Position numbers and translations under genes: made by a program
The notes under the pieces: generated by a model
Database searches by the model: none
What the model saw: only the letters and a program-made list of their open reading frames with translations
What the model was told of the DNA's origin: nothing
Source of the DNA: an uncultured Chloroflexia bacterium
GTDB taxonomy: Bacteria; Chloroflexota; Limnocylindria; QHBO01
Assembly: GCA_963720505.1 (NCBI GenBank)
Contig: CAVRFT010000002.1
Location: 16,121-80,120, forward strand
Direction: 5' to 3'
DNA length: 64,000 bases
Part shown: positions 53,905-62,751 of the stretch, piece after piece
Layout of the letters: every line of letters starts with the position of its first letter
How positions within the stretch are numbered: position 1 is the first letter of the stretch

Positions 53905-54284
53905 TCAGTAGGTCAGAACCGCGATCCCCTGCCGCTCGAAATCCGGCCGGTTGCGCGTGACGACCGTGGCGTCCAGGACCGATGCAATGCCCCCGATGAG
54001 GGCGTCCGCCAGGGCGCGCCGTCCACCGGCCTCGTGACGAAGCCGCCTGGACTCGCCCGCCCAGCGAGCCATGTCGGGCGACGTTGCGACGTAATCGAGC
54101 GCGTCGAGCAGCCTTGCCAATTGCTGTCGCTGTCGTCGTCACCGCGGGAAAGGGTTTCGCAGGTCACGACGTCGCAGGTGAACAGCTCGTGCCCCTCCTC
54201 GAAGAAACGATCAAAGAGCGCATTGGCTGCCGGATCCCCGTTCGCATGGTCGATGAGCAGGGTCGAGTCCAGGAGGTATCGCAC
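53905..54284 (-). CDS. vapC: PIN-domain toxin VapC; frameshift near 54125
   Basis: YLLDSTLLID, CE, ADALIGGIA, VTRNRPDF acidic tetrad. Confidence 0.88.
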
Positions 54285-54286
54285 GG

Positions 54287-54530
54287 TCAGTCGGACTCTT
54301 CGGATCGCATGCGCTCGACCCACTTCGACACCTGGGCGCGGCTCATCCCGTGTTCTGTCTCCGCCAGGATGCCAGCAGTGTCGCGAATGGCCTGCCCCAG
54401 CCGATCGCGCCGGATGCGTTGCGCTACCGCCTCCGCGACGTAACGGCTTCGTCCGCGCGGCCCAGCCATCGCGTCGACCTCATCGAGCAGCTCGGCCGGT
54501 AAGCGTCAGGTTGGTGCGCGCGAGTGCCAT
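54287..54530 (-). CDS. vapB: Ribbon-helix-helix antitoxin (VapB); frameshift near 54500
   Basis: RTNLTL-PAELLDEVDAMAGPRGRSRYVAEAV; directly upstream of vapC. Confidence 0.82.
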
Positions 54531-54544
54531 GCTGGGCTCCATGA

Positions 54545-54576
54545 GTGTGCAATGCTATGCGCATACCCTAGCACAC
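54545..54576. promoter_or_regulatory. Dyad operator in the vapBC promoter
   Basis: GTGTGC (54545) / GCACAC (54571) arms centred exactly on the palindrome TATGCGCATA (54556-54565). Confidence 0.65.
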
Positions 54577-54683
54577 TACCCGTCACCCTAGCTCGGCGAC
54601 GTCTGTGAAGGCCCGCGGCGGAATCACCCTTGCGCGGGAGCCACGATCCGGTGCATAGTCCCCGCGGCACTCACGCCACGTAC

Positions 54684-54836
54684 GACCAAACAGGAGGACC
54701 GCTGTGCAGATTGGCATTGCTGGACCTCCCGGCCGTCCGGAGTAACGCCCCCGCCCTCTGATTGAGGCGACCCAGGCGCTCCTGACTGGTCGGGACAGGA
54801 CCAACCCCGACTCCCCTTGCTCAGGAGCGCTTTTCC
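54684..54836 (+). promoter_or_regulatory. Leader-peptide attenuator controlling the RIO kinase gene
   Basis: Mutually exclusive helices 1:2 (54693-54700/54722-54729), 1:3 (54684-54696/54779-54791) and 3:4 (54776-54785/54821-54830, then TTTT). Segment 4 contains the RIO SD. Confidence 0.75.
54704..54745 (+). CDS. 13-aa leader peptide MQIGIAGPPGRPE
   Basis: AGGAGG at 54692-54697, 6-nt spacer, GTG, TAA at 54743; several A/T-ending codons unusual for this genome. Confidence 0.7.
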   Translation: MQIGIAGPPGRPE

Positions 54837-55607
54837 GTGTCATCAACCGCGCCGATGCGGTCGGACCTCGAATGGCCGGAGCACGAGCCATACGAGGACG
54901 TCACGCTCGGCAACCTCAAATCAGGCAAAGAGGCAGAGATCTTCCTGGTGGAGCGACGCTACGCCAGCGGTCCGCGCCTGCTCGCCCACAAACGCTACCG
55001 CCCGCGCTACCCCACCAAGGGCCAGCTGCGGGAGGAGGGCTTCAGCAACTCCACCTCGTACCGCGGCGACTCGGTGTATCGCGGCGGCTGGGCGTTCCTC
55101 AACGCCCGCGACCAGCGCGCGGTGGCCTCCGGCAACAAGAGCGGCTATGGCCAGGAGCTGGCCGGCCAGCTGTGGCCGGCGCTCGAGTGGGTCATGCTGC
55201 GCCGCGCCTGGGAGGCGGGCGCATCGGTCCCCTACCCCGTCGAGCAGACCGATCACGGGCTGCTGATGGAGTTCATCGGCGACGAATCCATGGCGGCGCC
55301 CAAGCTCGCCCAGGCTCGCCTCGAGCCCGATGCACTGGCATCCGCCTGGGCACAGCTCCACGCCAACCTGCGCGCTCTGACCGAGGCGGGGCTGGTTCAC
55401 GCCGATCTATCGGTCTACAACCTGCTCTGGTGGGAGGGGCGGCTGGTGCTGATCGACCTGCCGCAGGCGGTGGAGTTCACGACCAACGCCGATGCGTGGG
55501 ACCTGCTGCACCGTGACGTGGCCAACGTCGGCGACTGGTTCACGCGCCATGGCGTGCCGGTGGAGGTGGAGGAGGTGTACGCCGATCTGCTGACGCTGGT
55601 CCACTGA
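54837..55607 (+). CDS. RIO1-family atypical kinase/ATPase
   Basis: LKSGKEA loop, LLMEFIG, LVHADLSVYNLL, LIDLPQA. Confidence 0.92.
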   Translation: MSSTAPMRSDLEWPEHEPYEDVTLGNLKSGKEAEIFLVERRYASGPRLLAHKRYRPRYPTKGQLREEGFSNSTSYRGDSVYRGGWAFLNARDQRAVASGNKSGYGQELAGQLWPALEWVMLRRAWEAGASVPYPVEQTDHGLLMEFIGDESMAAPKLAQARLEPDALASAWAQLHANLRALTEAGLVHADLSVYNLLWWEGRLVLIDLPQAVEFTTNADAWDLLHRDVANVGDWFTRHGVPVEVEEVYADLLTLVH

Positions 55608-55643
55608 CTTCCGCGGGACGATGCTCGCGCGCACACTACGGCC

Positions 55644-56528
55644 ATGAGCGGAGCAGAGAACAGGTACAGCACGCGATCGGCGAAGCCGCAGACCAAGAAT
55701 CTCGATGACCCCGACGAGAGGCTGACGTTCCCGAAGGGCGTTGTCACCAACGTTCGGTTGGGCGACCTGGTGGTCGGCCGGATGGTGCAGCAACCAGGCT
55801 GGCGTTGGTCGGAACAGGTGAAGCCCATCGCGAAGACCGAGAGCTGCCAATTCCACCACGTCGGGGTTGGACTGTCCGGCACCGCCATGATCCGCATGGA
55901 CGATGGCACCGAGATGACCATCCGCCCGGGCGACGTGTTCGACATCCCGCCTGGGCATGACCAGTGGGTCGTTGGTGACGAGCCCGCCGTTTCGATCATC
56001 TGGGGCGGTTGGCGCGGGTTCGGCAAGACCCCGGCTGGCGATCGGGTGCTGACCACCATGCTGATGACCGATATCACCGGATCCACCGACCGTGCCGCAG
56101 CGATGGGCGACGCCGCATGGGACCAGTTGCTGGAGCGGCACAACCAGCTGGTCCGCGACGTGATCGAGCAGTACCGCGGGCAGGAGATCGACACCACCGG
56201 CGACGGTTTCCTCATCGTCTTCGATGGCGCCGCTCGGGCGCTGCAGGCGGCCGCGGACATTCGCACTGCCGTCGGAGGGATCGGCCTGGAGATCCATGCC
56301 GGGATCCACACCGGCGAAGTGGAGCTGGTGCCGGGCAACATCCGCGGCCTGGCCGTGCACGAGACCGCCCGCATCATGGCGCTGGCGGGAGCGGGCGAGA
56401 TCCTGGTGTCGAGCACCACGAAGGAGCTCGTCTCGGCGCCCGGCGTCACGTTCGAAGACCGCGGGCGGCACGTGCTCAAGGGCGTGCCCGGCGAGCGGCA
56501 GGTCTACGCGGCCACGGTGGACGGCTGA
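55644..56528 (+). CDS. Cupin domain + Rv1900c-like class III cyclase fusion
   Basis: PGWRWS..CQFHH..PPGHD cupin; LMTDITGST, EIDTTGDGF, GLAVHETARI. Confidence 0.88.
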   Translation: MSGAENRYSTRSAKPQTKNLDDPDERLTFPKGVVTNVRLGDLVVGRMVQQPGWRWSEQVKPIAKTESCQFHHVGVGLSGTAMIRMDDGTEMTIRPGDVFDIPPGHDQWVVGDEPAVSIIWGGWRGFGKTPAGDRVLTTMLMTDITGSTDRAAAMGDAAWDQLLERHNQLVRDVIEQYRGQEIDTTGDGFLIVFDGAARALQAAADIRTAVGGIGLEIHAGIHTGEVELVPGNIRGLAVHETARIMALAGAGEILVSSTTKELVSAPGVTFEDRGRHVLKGVPGERQVYAATVDG

Positions 56529-56552
56529 CTGCCCGCGTCCGTCGGCCTCCGA

Positions 56553-56693
56553 GTTTCTGCCTGAGCAACCAACGGACACGAAACGGCTAAATCCGGGCGT
56601 TTGCGGCCGCAGAGGGTCTGGGAATTGCTCGTCAGCGGCAACAGACGACCAAGTTACGGGTGCTTCTTCTCCGTTGGTCGCCACAGGAGAAAC
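56553..56693. repeat. About 141-bp nested palindromic element, diverged copy D of the 19018/41681 family
   Basis: ACCAACGGA/TCCGTTGGT IR, shared GCTTCTTCTCCGTTRGT and AATCCGGGCGTTTGCGGCC segments; different terminal IR (GTTTCT..CTG/CAGGAGAAAC). Confidence 0.7.
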
Positions 56694-56713
56694 AGCAAGC
56701 TGCGGCCGCAGCG

Positions 56714-56995
56714 TCAGTCGCGGCCGACCTGGCTGATCTCGAAGGCCGCCTCGTCGCCGATTCCGACGCCGACCGACTTCAGCATCGCCTTGTTCACGCT
56801 CAGCGCCAGGCGACCGCCGCCGGCCGGCATGACGTTGGAAGCGAACGCCTCCCCGCCGATGGTGCCCTGCACGTGCTGCTGCTTTAGACCGCCGAGGGCG
56901 GCGTGGTGCGCCTCCGGGATATCGGCGACCGCCAACCCGCTCGCTTTCTCAGGGTTCCAGTAGCGGATCTGGCTGGTGAAGGAGATCGGCAGCAT
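56714..56995 (-). CDS. DUF1905 domain protein
   Basis: VQGTIGGEAFASNVMP.GGG..L.V.K.M....G...GD. Confidence 0.75.
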   Translation of the reverse strand: MLPISFTSQIRYWNPEKASGLAVADIPEAHHAALGGLKQQHVQGTIGGEAFASNVMPAGGGRLALSVNKAMLKSVGVGIGDEAAFEISQVGRD

Positions 56996-57094
56996 CGGTC
57001 AATACCAGCCCGGCGCAGCGCAACTGTCAACGGACGATGCACCGAACGGATTGCGACACACAAGGTGTCAGGAGCGCTCCGCAGTCTTGGGCGC

Positions 57095-57346
57095 ATGAGG
57101 AGCGCCAACACCGTTCACGTCGATGTCAGCCCGGCAGCGTCCGCCTGCGTCTTCTCGATGCGACTGGACCCGCTGGGCGAGCGCTGGGTTGCCGTGGTCG
57201 ACTGCGAGCACGAACGGCACCACGGCATCGGCGCAAGTGCACGCGAGGCGTTGGTGGCCGCGCTGGCGCCGCTCGGCAAGCGAACCGCGGCCAGCGTGAT
57301 GGCCGATCCGGCGATGTTCGGCGCCAGCCTGGCGCTGCTGGCCTAG
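57095..57346 (+). CDS. Small hypothetical protein
   Basis: 84-codon ORF with typical high-GC codon usage. Confidence 0.5.
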   Translation: MRSANTVHVDVSPAASACVFSMRLDPLGERWVAVVDCEHERHHGIGASAREALVAALAPLGKRTAASVMADPAMFGASLALLA

Positions 57347-57694
57347 GCCTCGGCCTCGGATCCCTCCTCGGCATCATCAGGCATCGGCGGTGGCGCCTCG
57401 GGCTGGTGGCTGGCCTCCACGATGGTCGGCTGTCCGTCGCGCTCCTTCCAGCGCGTCTCCAGGCGGATCGCGCCCTCGTCCCCCACCAGGTGCAGCACCG
57501 CCAGGTAGCCCGTGCCGGTCATATCGACCGACTCGACCGTCGCCTCCGGTCAGCGGCAGCGGCAGCATGGCGACCACCGGTCCCATGTTCCGCTGCAGCT
57601 CGGGGCTCATGGCCTTGGCGGCCTCGCCGATGTCCCCGCCGCGCAGCGCATCGGCAAAGGCCTGCGCATGTTCGCGGATCGATTGCTCATCCAT
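57343..57694 (-). CDS. Small hypothetical NTF2-like protein; frameshift near 57545
   Basis: TATGCT-6nt-ATG start; reconstructed ..LPLPLTEATVESV..RLETRWKERDGQPTIVE. Confidence 0.6.
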
Positions 57695-57793
57695 ACGGCG
57701 AGCATAGGGCGAGTGGATGGGTCCACGTCGCGTGCCGCGGGCATGGAAAGGCCGGCGACCCCGCGAGCAGGGCCGCCGGCGTGAGTCGACGAA

Positions 57794-58634
57794 TTACTCA
57801 GGACTGGTGATGGATCGGACCAAGTCGTCGGTGAATGGGTTGAGCTGGTCGAGGACGTTGTCACCCTCGCCCCCATAGCCAGCTCCCCAGGTGGCGACAA
57901 GGATGGTGTCGGTCCCGATCTGCACCTCGTACAGGCGGTGATGCTCACCGGCGGAGAAGCTGATTGCCGGGCTTCCAGGCGGGTTGTCACCCACATAGCA
58001 GTCCGGCCCGAGCTCGATATCCCAGTACCGCACACTCACGTTCGAGTTCGTGAGTTGGCCCATCGGCGAGACGATCAGGCCTTCGCTGCCGGCGATCCAT
58101 TCCTCCACGTTTGGCAGGTCGGATGTGACGTCGGTTGGCTGGCAGAGATCGTTCGGCAGGTCGAGCCCGTCATGGATGGTGATCGCGCCGCCAGTTACCG
58201 GTCGCAAGCGGAACGTGTGGCCGCCAGTCCACATGTCCTCGCTGAGTCCGTGAAGCTCTGGCCGGCGCGGTGAAGGCGAAGGCGTGAGTGAACGTGCCGG
58301 AGTCGTAGGTGACGCCCGCATGGAGAGCGCCGTCGACGACAGGCAGCGCCGTGATGGAAGAGAGCGCCGTGATGGACGGCGATGGCGTCGGCTTATTACC
58401 CGGTGCGAGCCGGCTCGCCATGAAGATGCCCGCGCCGGCGACGACGATCGCAAGGACCGCGGCCGACGCCAGGAGAGTACGCATGATCGGGAACCTCCAC
58501 GGACCAACGGCGGTCCGTTGTCGAAGTCGATGAACATCGTCCGCAATCGCTAGCAACGCGCGATCAGGCAGGACCTCCGGTCCCTCATCGAGGAAGGCCT
58601 GGAGGAGCAGATCGGGATCGCGGGTGGCACTCAT
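57794..58634 (-). CDS. Putative transmembrane anti-sigma factor; frameshift near 58262
   Basis: Overlaps the sigma stop (ATGA); short cytoplasmic N-terminus, one TM, extracellular domain. Confidence 0.7.
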
Positions 58635-59185
58635 GCGGGACGCTCCTTGGAATTGGCGGGCACGCGGGCATCAGCCTCCAGGGCTCCCCGCATGGCCACG
58701 GTTGCGTAGCGAAGCCGGGACTTGGCGGTGCCGAGCGGGATACCAAGGTGATCCGACACCTCGGCGATCGTCAGTCCCAGGTAGTGATGGAAGACGAGGA
58801 CGGCGCGCTGCTCCGGAGAAAGCCTCCGGAAGCCGCGCTCCAGCTGGTCACGGTCGTGAACGGTCAGGGTGGCATCGGGCGTCTGCAAGTCGTCCGGCAC
58901 CATGGACAAGACGTTCGCCGACGCGCGTCGGCGGCGCTTGGCCTCCCCGTAGCAGATGTTCACGAGCGTCCGATGCAGCCACGGCTCAAATCGGTCGTGG
59001 TCACGAAGGGACGGGAGCTCTCGCCAGGCCGTGGTGAGCGCCGTCTGCACGGCGTCCTCGGCCAGCGCGGCGTCGCGAAGGATCCGGTACGCGATCGCCA
59101 TGCACCGATCACCGACCGCCTGGGTCAGGGCGGCGAAGGCTTCTTCGTCACCCTTCTGCGCACGATCGACGAGCGTTGCGAGCAC
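58631..59185 (-). CDS. ECF RNA polymerase sigma factor
   Basis: RAQKGDEEAF, AEDAVQ, FEPWLHR, LSPEQRAVLVFHHYLGL..EV...GTAKSRL. Confidence 0.93.
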   Translation of the reverse strand: MLATLVDRAQKGDEEAFAALTQAVGDRCMAIAYRILRDAALAEDAVQTALTTAWRELPSLRDHDRFEPWLHRTLVNICYGEAKRRRRASANVLSMVPDDLQTPDATLTVHDRDQLERGFRRLSPEQRAVLVFHHYLGLTIAEVSDHLGIPLGTAKSRLRYATVAMRGALEADARVPANSKERPA

Positions 59186-59295
59186 TCCTGCTCCCTCCAG
59201 TTGACGCGCCTCACTGACGCATCTGTCCTGAAGAGTGTCGGACTGCTGTCGATGGATCTAATTCTCTGCAGCGGCCTGCGCCACGCCGGTCTTGA

Positions 59296-60045
59296 TCAGG
59301 TGCCAGTGGGGCAGGTCCATTCGAGCGTGCCGGTCACGTCCCCGTCGGTGCCCAGGATCGCAGCCACCTCGCCGGAGGTGACGGCCAGGCCGGAGAACTG
59401 CACGATCTCGTTGTTGCCGGTCTGCCGGTGCTCGATCGTGGAGGAAGGATCGGAGTCCAGCCACAGCTCGGTGGGCGCGCCGTCCGCCGGCACCAGCGCC
59501 GCGTTCATGTAGATCGACACGACCAGGCCGTCGTCGCGGCTGCCCTCGTCCGGCTGCCATCGGTCGCCGAAGGCGAAGGTCGACGAGACGAACGGGTACG
59601 CCTGCGGTTCCACGCCCGGAATCTCAAGGCGCGTGTTCGGGTCCATGGTCACCTGCAGCTCTTCGCCGCTCGGCACCGTGGAGCAGTCGGCCGGTCCCGT
59701 GGCGACGCCCTGGACCGGTCCGCCCAGGGTGAGCGTCATGGTGCCAGTCGAGACGGTCAATGGCTCGCGGGATGGCCCGATCCACTGGCCCAGCAGAAGG
59801 CCCACGCCAATGGCGAGGCCGATGAAGGCCAGCCGCGTCGTGAGCGTGCGGCGAAAGAGGAAGAGCAGCCCGGCCAACAGAATGGCCGCGATGGCCACCA
59901 GGGTGATGACGATGGCCTCGCTCGGGTGCCACCACAACCAGTCCAGGTAGGCACCGATGGCCGCGGCGGCCAGGCCGACCACCACCAGAACGCCAATGAA
60001 CACGCCTCGTCCGCCCGTTGTCGTGCTGTTCTGAGTCACCGTCAT
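59296..60045 (-). CDS. Hypothetical protein, 3 TM + extracellular domain
   Basis: Intact 249-aa ORF with SD. Confidence 0.7.
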   Translation of the reverse strand: MTVTQNSTTTGGRGVFIGVLVVVGLAAAAIGAYLDWLWWHPSEAIVITLVAIAAILLAGLLFLFRRTLTTRLAFIGLAIGVGLLLGQWIGPSREPLTVSTGTMTLTLGGPVQGVATGPADCSTVPSGEELQVTMDPNTRLEIPGVEPQAYPFVSSTFAFGDRWQPDEGSRDDGLVVSIYMNAALVPADGAPTELWLDSDPSSTIEHRQTGNNEIVQFSGLAVTSGEVAAILGTDGDVTGTLEWTCPTGT

Positions 60046-60194
60046 CCACTTCTCCGCTTAGCACGAGCGCCGCGGCCGATGCCGCGACGCCGAATGCAGG
60101 GCGGATCATGCCCGACCCGAGCGGTATGTGCACTCGGCTACTCGGCGATCTGCAGCTCCCCGAGCCAGATTGCGGAGGCGCGCCGAAGCCTTGA

Positions 60195-60773
60195 CTACTC
60201 GGGCCTCAGCTCGACGAGGTCCACGAGGTCGTTGGTGGCTGCCAGGGCTTCATCGGGCTCGGCATCCATGGCCTGCAGCACCTTGCTGTAGAACACCCGC
60301 GCGGCCGCCGCCAGGGTCACGTCGAAGATCTCCTTGTCGCTGAGGCCGTGGGCTCGCAGATGGTCCACGTCCTCCGGCGCGATCCTGTTCGCGTCGAGCG
60401 CCACCTTCTCGGCGAAGACCATGACCTCCTTGTCGCGAGCGTCCAGCGAGTCGGCAGAGCGGAAGTCCCTGGCGATCTGCTCCACCTGGGCGCGATCGAA
60501 GTAGTCGGAATCCATGACCACCGCGGCATGGGCGCTGACGCAGTACCGGCAGCGCACCGTCGCGGCGGCAGCCAGGGTCGCGAGCTCGTAGCGCCGATGG
60601 TCCATATCGGCGTTGATCGCCTCGACCAGCTGACGCCAGGCGGCGCGGGCAGCCGGGTTCAGGCTGAACAGCCGAACCTGGTTCGGCAGGTAGCCCTCTG
60701 ACGCCTCGGCCGCGTCGTACATGGCCTTGACGGCGCCATCGGCTTCCTTGGGCGAGGGTGTGCGGACGTACAT
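60195..60773 (-). CDS. AhpD/carboxymuconolactone-decarboxylase-family peroxidase-related enzyme
   Basis: RYELATLAAAATVRCRYCVSAH. Confidence 0.88.
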   Translation of the reverse strand: MYVRTPSPKEADGAVKAMYDAAEASEGYLPNQVRLFSLNPAARAAWRQLVEAINADMDHRRYELATLAAAATVRCRYCVSAHAAVVMDSDYFDRAQVEQIARDFRSADSLDARDKEVMVFAEKVALDANRIAPEDVDHLRAHGLSDKEIFDVTLAAAARVFYSKVLQAMDAEPDEALAATNDLVDLVELRPE

Positions 60774-60897
60774 GGGTCGAGGTCCTCTGCGACTCTCCCA
60801 TTGTCCGCCCGTGCGCCAAGCGCGGGATGGTGACGTTCAGGGCTCTGGGCGGTAGGCTGGACGCTACCTGCTGCACACATCCGGAGGCCCGAGCGCC

Positions 60898-62143
60898 ATG
60901 ACCCGCGTCCTGCGTCGCGTCCTCGCCCTGCTGACAGCCATGGTCCTCATCGCGATCACCGCCACGCTGGTGTTTGGCGTGGAGACGCGGCTGCTCGACG
61001 GGAAGCTGCGCACCGGTGACACCGTCACGGTGCCATCAACCGAGACGTGGGACGGGAACCTCTACCTGTTCGCGGGTCAGGTGACGGTCGACGGGAACGT
61101 CGACGGCGACCTCACCTCGGCAGGCGGCTTGGTCGAGATCAACGGCAGCGTGTCCGGCGACGTGCTGGTCGCCGGCGGTCGCGTGCTGGTGGTCGGCGCC
61201 GTGGAAGGGGACGTGCGAGCGGCCGGCGGCCAGATAGAGGTCTCCGGGTCCGTCGCCGGCGATGTGCTGGTCGCCGGTGGCCGGGTCACGACGATCGCTG
61301 GCTCATCGGTGGGCGGTGACGTGATCGTGTCCGGCGGCCAGGTCGTTGTCGACGGCGACGTCGACGGCAGCGTGATCGGATGGGCGGGCGCGTACAGCAG
61401 CAGCGGCGTGATCCAAGGCGAGGAAAACGTCCAGGTCCGCGAGACCAAGGAAGAATCCACAGGGGCCACCGAGTTGGAGACCACCGCATTGAGCGGTGGC
61501 CGCCAGCTGCTGGTGATCGTGGTCGTCGGCGGCCTGATGCTGCTCTTCGTGCCACGGGTGCTGCGTGCCGCCGACAACTCGCTCCGGTCCAGCCCGGTGG
61601 GCTCCTTCGTGGGAGGGATCCTGGCCTGCCTGGCCTACATCGGCTTCGTGATCGTCACGATCCTGGTGATGCTGATCCTGGCCGTGGTGTTCACGATCAT
61701 CCTGTTGGGCCCGCTGGCAGCCTTCTCGATCGTTGGTGGGCTGCTGGCGATCGGCCTGGCGACCTACGGCTTCTGGCTGGCGGTCGCCTACCTGGCCGAC
61801 GTGGTGGTGGCGCTGGGACTGGCGCACATCGTCGTCGCGGCCCGGCCCCAATGAGAGCCGATGGCGCGAGCTGCTGCTGCTGTTGCTCGGCGCGATCGTC
61901 GTGGTCGTGCTCACCAGCCTGCCGGTCGCCGGCGGGGTCGCGAAGCTGCTGATCGTGCTGTTCGGCCTGGGCGCGCTGGCGCTGGCCTGGTGGCGCTCCC
62001 GCAAGAAGGACGACGACGTCGACTGGAGCCAGGTCCCGGCCGAGCCGCCGGCGCCGACGCCCACGCCACCGCCGCGGGCTGAGGGACCGATGAATCCCGC
62101 GGTCCATCGGCGTCCTATGCGTGAGGACCATCAAGAGGAGTGA
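60898..62143 (+). CDS. Bactofilin-like beta-helix (polymer-forming cytoskeletal) protein with multi-TM C-terminus; frameshift near 61845
   Basis: Repeated V.V.G.V.GD...AGG units followed by TM helices. Confidence 0.8.
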
Positions 62144-62146
62144 CCC

Positions 62147-62532
62147 ATGCTCAAGGACAGCGACGCCTTTTCGGGCTTCTCGGTCGATGACATCGAGAAG
62201 GCCAAGGCGTTCTACGGCGAGACGCTGGGGATCGAGACGGACATGAGCGATGCCGGCCTGGCGCTGCGCATCCCGGGCCGCCGCCCGGTGTTCATCTACC
62301 CCAAGGACAACCACCAGCCCGCCACCTACACGGTGCTGAACTTCCCCGTCGAGAGCGTGGACGCCGCGGTGGACCAGCTGGCAACGCGGCGGGCGTGCAG
62401 ATGGAGAACTACGGCCCGGACATGGGGCAGGACGAGAAGGGCATCGCGCGCGATCCGCGCGGCCCGGTGATCGCCTGGTTCAAGGATCCGGCGGGCAACA
62501 TCCTCTCGGTGTTGGAGGGATCACCGGACTGA
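62147..62532 (+). CDS. VOC/glyoxalase-family protein; frameshift near 62390
   Basis: [33 protein letters not shown]. Confidence 0.9.
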
Positions 62533-62561
62533 GTCGCGATCAGGCCGCACCGGCCACGAAC

Positions 62562-62703
62562 GGTCCCAGATTCACACCAGGTGCACATGATGCGGCGGCG
62601 AGGGGCGTTGAAGCGTCCTGATTCCCACCGGGTGTGATTTCGGACGCTCCCAAGGCGCTTTTCCCGCAGCTCGTGCGCGTGTGGTGTGAATTCGGACGCT
62701 TCA
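62562..62703. repeat. About 140-bp nested palindrome made of four copies of an about 18-bp unit (AGCGTCCGAATTCACACC-like)
   Basis: GATTCACACC at 62569, GATTCCCACC at 62620, GGTGTGATTTCGGACGCT at 62631, GGTGTGAATTCGGACGCT at 62683. Confidence 0.75.
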
Positions 62704-62751
62704 CGCGCGCGCAACTGAACTCGCGACCCTGGCGCTGCGTAGTCGGTTTGG

